A stretch of 57,124 bases of DNA from a virus (Duplodnaviria > Caudoviricetes): positions 1-57,124 of the IMG/VR virus record IMGVR_UViG_3300042261_000671, one strand, 5' to 3'. Each line of letters starts with the position of its first letter. The stretch's first letter is position 1. The notes below the pieces were generated by a model. That model was not told where the DNA came from and did not search any database. It saw only the letters and a list, made by a program, of their open reading frames with translations. Shown here piece by piece: positions 18,667-28,311 of this stretch. Both the position numbers and the translations under genes were made by a program.

Positions 18667-19449
18667 TTAGCCTCCCTTTTTAACACCTGATAACAAAGCT
18701 ATCAAACTATTTAACATCGGTTTTTTCAAATTCGGTGGTATATTAGAAACCACCGAGAAATTACTATTGCCTGATATTTTAATTTGATTTGCTCCTTCGT
18801 TGAGAGATTTATTTTTCAAAAAATGACCAACGAGTGCATGTACGAATGGTTGAATTTCAAAACCTTTTTCATTATTTCTAATGATGTGAATTTCACTGTT
18901 TTTTTCTGTTAGAAGATACCAGTATTCTTCTTTTGATAAAAGTCTTTTCTCAAACATACTTGTAATTTCAGAATATTTCATATCTGTATAATACACCAAT
19001 CTACCTATAGCTTTGATATTATCTGTAGAACTTCGTTCTATAGTAAGATCCACTTGATTGTCTGGAGTATTCTCTTGTTGACGATTTTCTTCTTCTTCTA
19101 TTATTCTTCTTTTTCTTTGTTGAACTCTTCCAACTGGTTTTTCTTCTTCTGGGGGTTGTTGCTGAACATTTTCTGTAAATCTTCTAAATGTTTTACTTTC
19201 AAAAGATCTATTTTTTGGATAATGCTCAGTAACGTCGTCCATAGTTACTTTTAGTGTTGACCCATTCTTTCCTTTGAGAAGATAATATGATTCAAATACT
19301 GCTGATACTTCGCCTCTTATCTCTTTATTGTTGTAAATGGCAACGACAAGATCTCCAACTTTAATGGGATTCATGTTCTCATTCAAAGGGAACTGATCTA
19401 CCTTAATATTAGAGTGATATATGTTATATAATTTTTCCAAGTCTTCCAT
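18667..19449 (-). CDS. Hypothetical protein with an SH3-like N-terminal domain
   Basis: 260-aa ORF co-oriented in the operon; IKVGDLVVA..GEVSAV. Confidence 0.75.
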   Translation of the reverse strand: MEDLEKLYNIYHSNIKVDQFPLNENMNPIKVGDLVVAIYNNKEIRGEVSAVFESYYLLKGKNGSTLKVTMDDVTEHYPKNRSFESKTFRRFTENVQQQPPEEEKPVGRVQQRKRRIIEEEENRQQENTPDNQVDLTIERSSTDNIKAIGRLVYYTDMKYSEITSMFEKRLLSKEEYWYLLTEKNSEIHIIRNNEKGFEIQPFVHALVGHFLKNKSLNEGANQIKISGNSNFSVVSNIPPNLKKPMLNSLIALLSGVKKGG

Positions 19450-19520
19450 TTTACAAAAATAAAGGTCTATCTGCTTTTAGGTGCATAGATAGACCTAGTT
19501 TATTTATTTTTTCAACAGCT

Positions 19521-20054
19521 TTAGATTTGTCCGCCTTGTACTGGAGGAATCTGCGCTGCAGTCTTCTGTGCTCCTTGTGCTGGATGCGCTTGTGCACCTT
19601 GAGCTCCTTGTGCCCCAGGTTGAGCTGGCATTTGAGCTCCTGGTTGTGCTTGTGGTTGAGCACCAGGTTGTGCTGGCATTTGAGCCTGAACAGGTTGAGT
19701 TTCATCTAAACCTTCAGTGTCCATTCCAGGTTGACCTTGTGCTTGAGCACCGCCTTGTGCTTTTGAATATTGATCTCCCAATATTAAATTAACTGGAAGA
19801 TTTTCGATTGTAACATAGGTGTTTATGATATAATCGGCGATTTCTTCAGCCAATTCAACGTCAGAATAAAACTGTCTAATATTCTTACCACTCTCGTCTT
19901 TTACTTTTTTAGCAAAAGCATTTACAAGTGACATAGGAACATCAATTCTCTTTCTTACTCTATATGTATCGTCAACAGCTTGTACATTTTCAGATAAAGG
20001 ACTGACATTTCTTCTTCCTTGAAATTCACCAAATTCGTATAAATTCTTTGTCAT
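19521..20054 (-). CDS. Hypothetical (probably virion) protein with a Q/A/P/G low-complexity tail
   Basis: AQMPAQPGAQ repeats; late-type promoter upstream. Confidence 0.75.
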   Translation of the reverse strand: MTKNLYEFGEFQGRRNVSPLSENVQAVDDTYRVRKRIDVPMSLVNAFAKKVKDESGKNIRQFYSDVELAEEIADYIINTYVTIENLPVNLILGDQYSKAQGGAQAQGQPGMDTEGLDETQPVQAQMPAQPGAQPQAQPGAQMPAQPGAQGAQGAQAHPAQGAQKTAAQIPPVQGGQI

Positions 20055-20081
20055 AGTTTAATCTTATTTTTTATGTATATA

Positions 20082-20666
20082 TTAATATTTTTTTCCACTT
20101 TTTTTACTATCAATAAGTTTTCTGTGTTCTGGGGATGCATTAGAATATATCCAGGCATCTAAATTTCTATTTGCTTTTATATCTTTTTGCATCATGTATT
20201 CTACAAAAGCTCTTTTATTTCTAAATTTTTTATCAATCATATTCTCAATATGTTGCATATAATTATTATTTTTCTTATATTCTTTCCATTTTGCCTTTTT
20301 TTCTTTTTCTTCTTTTGTGAATCCTTCGCTATCTTCTACATATCCTTTTGGATATTCTGTAAAATATTCATCATATAAATAACGAACTTCTTGCATTGGA
20401 TTTCCATTATCATCTTTTATGTCGAATATAAAAACATTTTTATCATCAAGAAAATCTCTAATTATATCTGATGTTCTATAATCTTTATTGTCCCTGGATA
20501 TTTTTCTTAATTCTATTAATTGATCTATATTAAATTTATTAAGGACTCTAAAATCTCCTTTTTTTAGTTTCCAATATGCAATTTCTAATTTTGGCCTTTC
20601 TGGTGCCTTTATTGAAATTTTTGGTAAATATTTCCTAATATTAAATTCTTCAAATAATTTTATCAT
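20082..20666 (-). CDS. Protein with a CysRS C-terminal anticodon-binding-like domain and N-terminal tag
   Basis: MIKLFEEF; LIELRKISRDNKDYRTSDIIRDFL..KNVFIFD matches the CysS C-terminal pattern. Confidence 0.65.
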   Translation of the reverse strand: MIKLFEEFNIRKYLPKISIKAPERPKLEIAYWKLKKGDFRVLNKFNIDQLIELRKISRDNKDYRTSDIIRDFLDDKNVFIFDIKDDNGNPMQEVRYLYDEYFTEYPKGYVEDSEGFTKEEKEKKAKWKEYKKNNNYMQHIENMIDKKFRNKRAFVEYMMQKDIKANRNLDAWIYSNASPEHRKLIDSKKSGKKY

Positions 20667-20690
20667 AAAACTATATATAGTTTTTTAAAT

Positions 20691-21512
20691 TTATTTTTTC
20701 CCCCATCGCCAACTCCATATATTGTAATGAACAGATACACCAAAACTCCATCCGAATCTAGCATTTGTTAAATTTGGATCTGTATTCATTCCAAACCCTA
20801 TATAAGGTCCGAATCCGAAGTTTTTGTCTTTTTTAGGCATTTGAGGAGGTTCTTTATCGAGGACGAATACTCCATTTAAATCCGTAAGTTTGACCATAGG
20901 TGAAGGCGAAATAGCGAAAACTTCGTATTTATCTTTTAAATTTCTGAAACCATATGTTATTCCTATAGTAGTAGTATTTTTTGTAAATAAAGTAGAATCT
21001 GGTGTTAATACCCATTTTTTAGTAATATCATCAAGACTTGCCCTAAATCTACTTTGCCCAGTTATATTCTGCTCAAAACCAGGATCTTTATAATTTTTAT
21101 CAAAATTTAACCCATAAAGATTTTGATCTTTATCCACAGTAACTAATTGATTGCTGGCAGCAACATCAGGTAATTCTATTTTTATTTTAGAATCTATAGC
21201 CGCAATAACGTCGCCTTTAACTTTCTTTAATTGATCTGCTAAATCTTTGTTATATTTTTCGAGGTCTTCGAGTTTATTTACCATGAAATTTTGTTTATCC
21301 CAAACATAAGCTTTTAATTTCTTGTCAAACATAACAGTTAAGCTATCTTCCATTGCTGCAACATTTTGTGCATTTTGTTTTTGAATAAACTCGTTTTGAG
21401 CAACTTGTTTTTGATAATTGCTACACATAGTAACTCCAAAAGTCATTGATATGAGGAATAATACACCTAATATTAGTCCATAGTATTTCTTAATGAATTC
21501 CCAGGTTGTCAT
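20691..21512 (-). CDS. Membrane-anchored coiled-coil protein with a C-terminal amphipathic beta hairpin (spanin-like candidate)
   Basis: Probable start MTTWEF (21512); TM helix, coiled coil, FGFGPYIGFG..FGWSFGVSVHYNIW. Confidence 0.55.
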   Translation of the reverse strand: MTTWEFIKKYYGLILGVLFLISMTFGVTMCSNYQKQVAQNEFIQKQNAQNVAAMEDSLTVMFDKKLKAYVWDKQNFMVNKLEDLEKYNKDLADQLKKVKGDVIAAIDSKIKIELPDVAASNQLVTVDKDQNLYGLNFDKNYKDPGFEQNITGQSRFRASLDDITKKWVLTPDSTLFTKNTTTIGITYGFRNLKDKYEVFAISPSPMVKLTDLNGVFVLDKEPPQMPKKDKNFGFGPYIGFGMNTDPNLTNARFGWSFGVSVHYNIWSWRWGKK

Positions 21513-21553
21513 AATAATAATTTTTATTTTATATATTAAACGATTAAGGTCAA

Positions 21554-23581
21554 TCAAGCCTGATTCTGAGGAGGTATTAAGGATTGTTCGCCGTACTTCT
21601 TACTTATTACCCATTTTGTATTTATTACAGAAGTTTTATTTGTAATTAAATTAGTTTTATTACATCCACCGAAAGTACCATTTATCCATATTCCTCCCCA
21701 CAGTGTTCCATAGAAATATCCATCGTGGAATGTACCACCAGAGAATCCACCATACCATGGGCCACCAGCACAATTTCCTACAGCATAAGAACTATAAAAA
21801 TATCCACCATAAAAATCTCCATTGTACCAATTTATTATACTATTCAGGTTCGCTGAATCGTTGCCAAATATTCCGCCATTGAAAGTTCCACCGCTCCAGT
21901 ATATTAGTGGTTGTTCTGCGTTTATTATAACTCCAATTTGACCACTATTGAATATACCATTTATCCAATTAACATTGTGGAAATATGAATTTGTAACAGA
22001 ACCATTCACGAATGTGCCATATAACCAGCTGCTATTGGACATATTACCATATTGGAATGTGCCACCACTCCACAAACTACCATCAGTGAAATTTCCACTA
22101 TTAAATATTCCATCTTTCCATAAACTATTACTGAATGTTCCGCCATTAAATGTCCCATTATTCCAATAATTATTAATATTAGAATAATTTATTGTGCCAC
22201 CGCTTATACTTGAAGCGTTATTGTTTGAATTGAAAACTCCACCGTTAAATTTCCCATCATTCCAATATGAATTGAAAAAAGTGCCATTATTAAAAGTTCC
22301 ATCATACCAATAACCAGTAGAAAAAGAACCGTTATTAAAATTCCCTTTATACCAATTTGTATTTAATATACTTCCACCATTACAATCTCCATTATACCAA
22401 TTGCAGTTTTTCATACTACCACCATTGAAAGTTCCTTTATACCAAGTAGTATATTCTATATCGCCACCACTAAAAGTTCCACCACTCCATGTACTATTTC
22501 CTTTCATAGTTCCACCTTGAAATAATCCATTTCTCCAAGTAGAACCTGAAAATATGCCAGCGTTAAAAGTTCCATTTCTCCATTCTTTACCAACAAATTC
22601 TCCTCCATTCCATATTCCATCATACCATATGTCTTGTGTAAAAGTTCCTCCACTCCAAATTGCATAAAACCAATAAGAATCTGGGCTCACATATGTATTT
22701 TGAAAAATTCCACCATTTATTGTGGATCCTGATATTGAACAATTAGTAAATAAACCTCCATTTATAGTACAATCACTCAAAGAACAATTATCATAATGAC
22801 CATTATCTAATTGACATAAATATAATCTATTGTTGTATATGTAATTATAACCATATCCGTTATTATTGCTTGTATAATATGAAGAAACTGGAGTAGGATC
22901 TGAATTTAATGTATCTGCCCCCTTATAAACATATGGTTTATAAAATGAAGTCGTGGCTCCAATATCCATAGAAGAATTTGTTGTGATATAAAGACTATCG
23001 TATTTATCTTTAAACATCATATAAAAAGATGTACCGCTTAGAACAACGGATTGAACAAGATTTATGTCTATTAATGTGTCCAATGCTGTATTAAATTGTC
23101 CAGTTTTTATTTCCGCCCCGTCTATCTCTCCGCCATTAATCTGAATATTTCGGATATAAATTTCACCAATGTAATGATTGTAGATTTTCTTATCTACAAA
23201 TCTAGCATCATAATATCTATCTATTGTTATTTCATTATTATTATCATTGATTTCTAATACTTTATAACCTTGCATTTGACGTAGATAAATATAATCTGTG
23301 CATCCTGAGAACTCTAAATAATTGTCCATTATAATGCCATCAGTGTGACCTGTATCTTTTCCATTTTCATCATACATAATAAATACTTTATCTCCGACTT
23401 TTACGTTTGAATTTATTTCTGTATAAAGTTTAATATTTCCATTATTATTTGTTATAGTCGGCAATAATTTAACAGCATTTGGTGATGTAGTATAATTAGT
23501 GTTATTAAAAGAATTAATTTTTTCTTGTTGCGTTGTTACTGCAGTAACGACCGGTAATGTTACGATATCTGCTAATGGCAT
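21554..23581 (-). CDS. Beta-helix repeat protein (WxxGxFxGG repeats), probably structural
   Basis: Many tandem W.NG.FNGG-type units in the C-terminal half. Confidence 0.8.
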   Translation of the reverse strand: MPLADIVTLPVVTAVTTQQEKINSFNNTNYTTSPNAVKLLPTITNNNGNIKLYTEINSNVKVGDKVFIMYDENGKDTGHTDGIIMDNYLEFSGCTDYIYLRQMQGYKVLEINDNNNEITIDRYYDARFVDKKIYNHYIGEIYIRNIQINGGEIDGAEIKTGQFNTALDTLIDINLVQSVVLSGTSFYMMFKDKYDSLYITTNSSMDIGATTSFYKPYVYKGADTLNSDPTPVSSYYTSNNNGYGYNYIYNNRLYLCQLDNGHYDNCSLSDCTINGGLFTNCSISGSTINGGIFQNTYVSPDSYWFYAIWSGGTFTQDIWYDGIWNGGEFVGKEWRNGTFNAGIFSGSTWRNGLFQGGTMKGNSTWSGGTFSGGDIEYTTWYKGTFNGGSMKNCNWYNGDCNGGSILNTNWYKGNFNNGSFSTGYWYDGTFNNGTFFNSYWNDGKFNGGVFNSNNNASSISGGTINYSNINNYWNNGTFNGGTFSNSLWKDGIFNSGNFTDGSLWSGGTFQYGNMSNSSWLYGTFVNGSVTNSYFHNVNWINGIFNSGQIGVIINAEQPLIYWSGGTFNGGIFGNDSANLNSIINWYNGDFYGGYFYSSYAVGNCAGGPWYGGFSGGTFHDGYFYGTLWGGIWINGTFGGCNKTNLITNKTSVINTKWVISKKYGEQSLIPPQNQA

Positions 23582-23666
23582 TATGTTTCTTTTCTTTTAT
23601 TTTATATATTAAATTTTGAAAACTAAATAAGAAAAAATTCATATAAATTGAAAATAAGTATTTTTA

Positions 23667-24002
23667 ATGGAATTAATGGAACTGAATGAGAGGAAAAAAG
23701 ATCTCAAAGAGAGACTAGAAAATGATTTATATGTAAATAGATATGATACATTTAAACAATCTGTTTTTTTTATTAATAAGTCTCTAGATTTTTTTAATAT
23801 AAATCATAAATATACATACGATGAATTTTGTATAGACTTCACAAATGAATGTCTTGACTTTATGGAAAAAAATCCAGATGTTGACATGCAAGATCCAAAA
23901 CAGATTGTGATATTTATACCAACAATAGTCATGTCTATGATGATTAATGCTGAAAAGAAATACGGCTTAAAATCTTCAGATGAAGATTTAAAAAATAATT
24001 AA
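23667..24002 (+). CDS. Hypothetical protein
   Basis: 111-aa ORF, first gene of a + operon. Confidence 0.7.
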   Translation: MELMELNERKKDLKERLENDLYVNRYDTFKQSVFFINKSLDFFNINHKYTYDEFCIDFTNECLDFMEKNPDVDMQDPKQIVIFIPTIVMSMMINAEKKYGLKSSDEDLKNN

Positions 24003-24008
24003 ATATGA

Positions 24009-24656
24009 ATGTTTAATTTCTTAAGAAAATTAAATAGAAAGAAAGATGAGATTCCAGTTCAAATAAAGGAAGTTCAACAGGAAGAAGATAAAACTATACA
24101 AGAAAATTGGTGGGGAGGAACATGGTCTCCTGGATCTTTTACATTAACTGGAACAACAACACCAATAGAGGGGAAATGGCATCCTGGTAATTTTTCAACA
24201 AGAGAAACAATAAATGAAGATGAAGGTAGAGCATTAGTATCTGATAATAACGGCAGTTCATCTTGGGTTAAACCCAGATATGGTTTATCAGGAATGTCAG
24301 GTTCATCTGGCGTGTCTGGAGTATCTGGAGTGTGTGGAACCACTGGATTTGGAATTAGTGGTTTTAGTGGGACTATGGGGTTTGGAGTTAGAGGAACTTC
24401 AGGTAAAAATAAACCTATAGATTATTATGAATACATTGCCGAGAATGTAGATAACGCTATAAGATATAGCGAATATATTGCTGATAACTTAGATCATAGC
24501 GGAGTGATTTTGACACATTTAAAATATCTTGATTATTTGGCTAATGAATTAGATTCTAAATCCAGTGAGATTAGAAATTATTTACAAAAGAAAAAAGAAG
24601 TAAAGAGAATTTATTCTGATGCTGATCCTTACGGAGAGGAGAATTGGGAAGCATGA
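24009..24656 (+). CDS. Mosaic hypothetical protein with SGxSG repeats, Y.EYIA.N.D repeats and C-terminal DPYGEENW
   Basis: Translation shows all three elements. Confidence 0.7.
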   Translation: MFNFLRKLNRKKDEIPVQIKEVQQEEDKTIQENWWGGTWSPGSFTLTGTTTPIEGKWHPGNFSTRETINEDEGRALVSDNNGSSSWVKPRYGLSGMSGSSGVSGVSGVCGTTGFGISGFSGTMGFGVRGTSGKNKPIDYYEYIAENVDNAIRYSEYIADNLDHSGVILTHLKYLDYLANELDSKSSEIRNYLQKKKEVKRIYSDADPYGEENWEA

Positions 24657-24961
24657 AAATTAGAGAAATAATTCAAAATGATATAGTCGAAGACATAACA
24701 CTTTATAGAGAAATAATAGATGATTGTGTAAATACTATAAAAAGCGTAAAACCGGATTATGAACCGAATTTTACTTTTGATGAATTCTATATCAGAGTTT
24801 TAAATAATTTTGATGGAGTAGATGAAGATATATCAGATAATGAAAAAGGAATTATTAAAAAACAAATAAAAGCTGTTCTGAAAGTAGCTTTAGAAGAATT
24901 AAAAAACGATGAAGAAAGCTACAATATTCTTAAAGAAATTATTAAAGAATATTTAGAATAA
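24653..24961 (+). CDS. Hypothetical protein
   Basis: Probable start MKIREI with ATGA overlap; similar in character to ORF 23667 (YTYDEF / FTFDEF). Confidence 0.65.
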   Translation: MKIREIIQNDIVEDITLYREIIDDCVNTIKSVKPDYEPNFTFDEFYIRVLNNFDGVDEDISDNEKGIIKKQIKAVLKVALEELKNDEESYNILKEIIKEYLE

Positions 24962-24984
24962 ACAAGTTTCGGCCCTATAAAATT

Positions 24985-25016
<32 letters not shown>

Positions 25017-25156
25017 AGGTGTATTAAATTTTCAAACTTTATCGGAGATTTAATATAGAATAAATGTGGTTCTGCAGAACACTAACGGCTTTATCAGGCT
25101 TAATTGATGTAATGAGGGTTTAAAGGCTTTCATTTATAAAAAAAATTGTATGCATT

Positions 25157-26182
25157 ATGGCAGAGTACAAAGACAATGAAGATTTTTTATTTGGTACAAA
25201 TGATGAATCTCAAAACGAAGAATTGGCTTTCTTAAATAAAGAAACCAAAAACCAGGACGGAATTTATCGTCCAAATGTAAAAGACGCAGCCGATCCTAAA
25301 GGCGCAGGTTACAAAGCAACAATCAGATTTCTCAGAAATGTTTATCTCGATGGCACTGGAACAGGTCCAGCAGCTATAACAAAGCATGTTCATTTCGTTA
25401 AGAAAGAAGGTGTTTTGGAAGATTATCCTGAACTTTCAGGTTATTACGATTGTGAGAAGAATATTTCACAACAAACTCCATGTCCATTATGTCAGTCATT
25501 TTGGAAACTTTATAAATCCAACAATCAGGCTGATGTAATCAAATCAGGTTTAATTAAAAGAAGCACAAAATTCTATTCCTATATTATGGTTATAGAAGAT
25601 GAGCAACATCCGGAACTTGTAGGTAAGATTTTAATCTATCCTTATGGTCCTGTTATCAAGCAGAAGATTAATTCTGAAATTAATGGAGAAGTTACTGATA
25701 AATGTAATATTTTTGATTTTGTAACTGGAAAAGATTTCAGACTTATTATTAAAGAAATCAAAATTCCAAATCCAAATGGACCAGGTACTGTCGAAATGCC
25801 AAACTACGACACTAGCACATTCTTACCAACTTCACCATTAAAGATATGGAACGATAAGACAAATAAATTTGTCACGCCTCCAACTGTAACTGATGATGAT
25901 GGAAAAATTATGTTAGTAGACAAGAAATGGCAAGCCAAAATCAAGGAAGTCATTATGAGTCGTCCTGCTACAGTTAGCTTAGAAGCTCACATGCCAGACA
26001 AAAATGGTTGGGATGATGCTAGAAGAGCTAATGTCGATAAGATTGTTCAGGTTCTTAGCGGAAGCAACGCCGCATACGCTGAATCGTCAATAAGAAAATC
26101 TGGAACTAAAACTCCATCAGCTGAAGTATTTGAAGAGGAATCTTTCGATGATCTTTTCGATTCTATAGACGATGACAAATAA
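25157..26182 (+). CDS. Single-stranded DNA-binding protein (T4 gp32-like)
   Basis: ATIRFL, H..C..CPLC zinc site, HPELVGKI, FDFVTGKDF, NYDTSTF, acidic tail. Confidence 0.9.
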   Translation: MAEYKDNEDFLFGTNDESQNEELAFLNKETKNQDGIYRPNVKDAADPKGAGYKATIRFLRNVYLDGTGTGPAAITKHVHFVKKEGVLEDYPELSGYYDCEKNISQQTPCPLCQSFWKLYKSNNQADVIKSGLIKRSTKFYSYIMVIEDEQHPELVGKILIYPYGPVIKQKINSEINGEVTDKCNIFDFVTGKDFRLIIKEIKIPNPNGPGTVEMPNYDTSTFLPTSPLKIWNDKTNKFVTPPTVTDDDGKIMLVDKKWQAKIKEVIMSRPATVSLEAHMPDKNGWDDARRANVDKIVQVLSGSNAAYAESSIRKSGTKTPSAEVFEEESFDDLFDSIDDDK

Positions 26183-26197
26183 GATTGTCTTCTGAAA

Positions 26198-26229
26198 TAA
26201 AAAAACCCACAAGAAATTGTGGGTTTTTT
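26198..26229. terminator. Bidirectional intrinsic terminator
   Basis: A-run, CCCACAA-gaaa-TTGTGGG, T-run. Confidence 0.9.
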
Positions 26230-26230
26230 A

Positions 26231-26518
26231 TTATTCATAATTTAAGGTTATATTTTTCCCGTCCCGTGTAATATAATATTGTCTATTTACATCATTAGTT
26301 TTTATGGTATCGTTTTTTAGCGATGCCTCGATTGGCGATACTATTGTTGCTGCCGCACTGGCCGATGTTGAAGCTCCAATTTTTTTCTGAGGATCATCTT
26401 CAGCTTTCAAAAGAGGAGATAATAAAGTGAAGTTGGCTAATATTCCAAGTCCAATCAAAACTTGTTTCAGATTGATGCCTTCATTTAAAAATTCTTGTCT
26501 GGTTGTTATATTTTTCAT
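26231..26518 (-). CDS. Small protein with N-terminal tag followed by a hydrophobic helix
   Basis: MKNITTRQEFLNE-GINLKQVLIGLGILANF. Confidence 0.65.
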   Translation of the reverse strand: MKNITTRQEFLNEGINLKQVLIGLGILANFTLLSPLLKAEDDPQKKIGASTSASAAATIVSPIEASLKNDTIKTNDVNRQYYITRDGKNITLNYE

Positions 26519-26533
26519 ATGTTGCCTTTCATT

Positions 26534-26800
26534 TTATCTCAGATTTTTTAAAACTGTTAATCTAGCTTTTTCTTTAGCAACACTCAACAATTCATATACT
26601 GATCTTAATTGATCTGATGTTAGTTTTCCATGTTCGTCATAATTTACCCACTCTAATAAAGAATCTATATCTTTTTTTATTAAACCTTCCCATAAAGATC
26701 TATTGAAAAATAGATCTTTTGGTTCTGATATGGTTTCTGCTTGTGAAATCACACCTGGGTCAGATTGTTCATTTAAGTTAATTCTTTTAACATGTCTCAT
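26534..26800 (-). CDS. Small hypothetical protein with N-terminal tag
   Basis: MRHVKRINLNE. Confidence 0.65.
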   Translation of the reverse strand: MRHVKRINLNEQSDPGVISQAETISEPKDLFFNRSLWEGLIKKDIDSLLEWVNYDEHGKLTSDQLRSVYELLSVAKEKARLTVLKNLR

Positions 26801-26834
26801 GTCATCATTTTATTTTCTTGTATATATAAAAATT

Positions 26835-27368
26835 CTAATCTAATTTTTCTAACAAATAATATAAAATTTTTTTAGTCTTTTCGAGAAAGGTTAACTCTCT
26901 ATATTTAGATAAAGTATTATAATATAATTTTCCTATACTTATTTTATAAGCGTATCCTGTATTATCATCCCTTACAGTAAGAACAGATCTATAATCAATA
27001 CATTTTCCAACTTGTCTTGAAGCCATTAAGATACTATATCTGTTTTCTGTATATAATTTAATAATATCTTTTTGATACTCTCTTAGTTTCATTTGTCCAA
27101 CAGTACCATCTTCAAGTTTAATTTTACAATAATGTTCAGCAAAATAATATACAGATAATTTACATTTTATATATTCTTCAATTTCATCTGGAGTCATAGC
27201 AAATTTTATGCCTTTTCTACGTACTCCTTCGTTAGAATTAAACCACAATCTTTCGGTTCTTTTTAATGGTAAAGCTAATTTCTCTTTCTCTATTATTTCT
27301 TGAACCTTTAATGTTGATATAATGTTTGTTTCTTCTGTCTTTCTTGTATTTTCTTTCTTTGGCGGCAT
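26835..27368 (-). CDS. terL: Terminase large subunit N-terminal part (aa 1-122) fused to the N-half of a split intein (aa 123-177)
   Basis: EEYIKC..YFAEHY..LREYQ..SRQVGK is the T4 gp17-type N-terminus through the Walker A Lys; followed by intein block A CIDYRSVLTVR. Confidence 0.93.
   Translation of the reverse strand: MPPKKENTRKTEETNIISTLKVQEIIEKEKLALPLKRTERLWFNSNEGVRRKGIKFAMTPDEIEEYIKCKLSVYYFAEHYCKIKLEDGTVGQMKLREYQKDIIKLYTENRYSILMASRQVGKCIDYRSVLTVRDDNTGYAYKISIGKLYYNTLSKYRELTFLEKTKKILYYLLEKLD
26838..27002 (-). mobile_element. Split intein N-fragment (55 aa)
   Basis: Cys1 immediately after GK; CIDYRSVLTVRD..KISIGKLY then a helical tail. Confidence 0.88.
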
Positions 27369-27523
27369 AAAAACTTTTGGAATTTTTTGTTAATATATAT
27401 AAAAACCATTATGACCAAAAATTTCCATGACATTTAGATAAATTATTAAACCTTATATTCAGTTTTGCATATACATCAATGCGTGATGTATTTTCATGCT
27501 ATAAAAAATAATAACAAAAAATT

Positions 27524-28255
27524 ATGTCAAAAGACCCTAAGGATCAAGAATTTGAAAACATCGATGAAGAAGACATCAAAGAAGAATTACTAGAAACAGA
27601 TCTAATGATGCAAGAAGAATTAAGTGACGAATACGAAAATGAAATAATAGAAACAGATCCAGACATGGATATTGATGAGGATCAAGAAGTTAGTAATACT
27701 ATAAATTATGACGAATCGGAAAGTGAATTAGATACTTGGTTTAAGTATGGAACTAATAATCACAAATTGGATGGTAAGCATAGCTTAAAGAGAGATACAA
27801 TTTTGAATGGAAGGTTAAATGATGATAGTGATATTATAGATGAAGAGCATGTTGGAATGCCATATATGGAATTCGAATCTTACGAAAGTGGTGATATTCC
27901 TATAGAAAAAGGTAGTATATTTGAAGAAGAGAGTAGAAGAGGGGATGAAGTTCAGAGTAAAAGAAGATTAGCTCAGGATGTTTATGAACTGTTAAAAGAA
28001 AATACAGATTTAGATTTTAGAGCTAATAGAAGAAAACCAAATAAGACAACTTTCAATAATTATTATAAGATGCTATTGGCCAACATTGACAAACAGTATA
28101 CTAAATGTGATATATTTGTTGAGTTGGCATATTATTTTACAGATAATATATTTAATATGTATAAATTATTAGATAAAAAGTACGCAACTACAATTATTAA
28201 AGAGCTTCGTGAAAAGGGATTTTTAAACAATTTAAATTCAATAAAATTCCAATAA
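27524..28255 (+). CDS. Hypothetical protein with acidic N-terminus and helical C-terminal domain
   Basis: 243-aa ORF upstream of nrdJ. Confidence 0.75.
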   Translation: MSKDPKDQEFENIDEEDIKEELLETDLMMQEELSDEYENEIIETDPDMDIDEDQEVSNTINYDESESELDTWFKYGTNNHKLDGKHSLKRDTILNGRLNDDSDIIDEEHVGMPYMEFESYESGDIPIEKGSIFEEESRRGDEVQSKRRLAQDVYELLKENTDLDFRANRRKPNKTTFNNYYKMLLANIDKQYTKCDIFVELAYYFTDNIFNMYKLLDKKYATTIIKELREKGFLNNLNSIKFQ

Positions 28256-28311
28256 ACTTCATGACATATACAATCTATAATATAACACAGTAAAAAAATT
28301 AATGACAAGAT

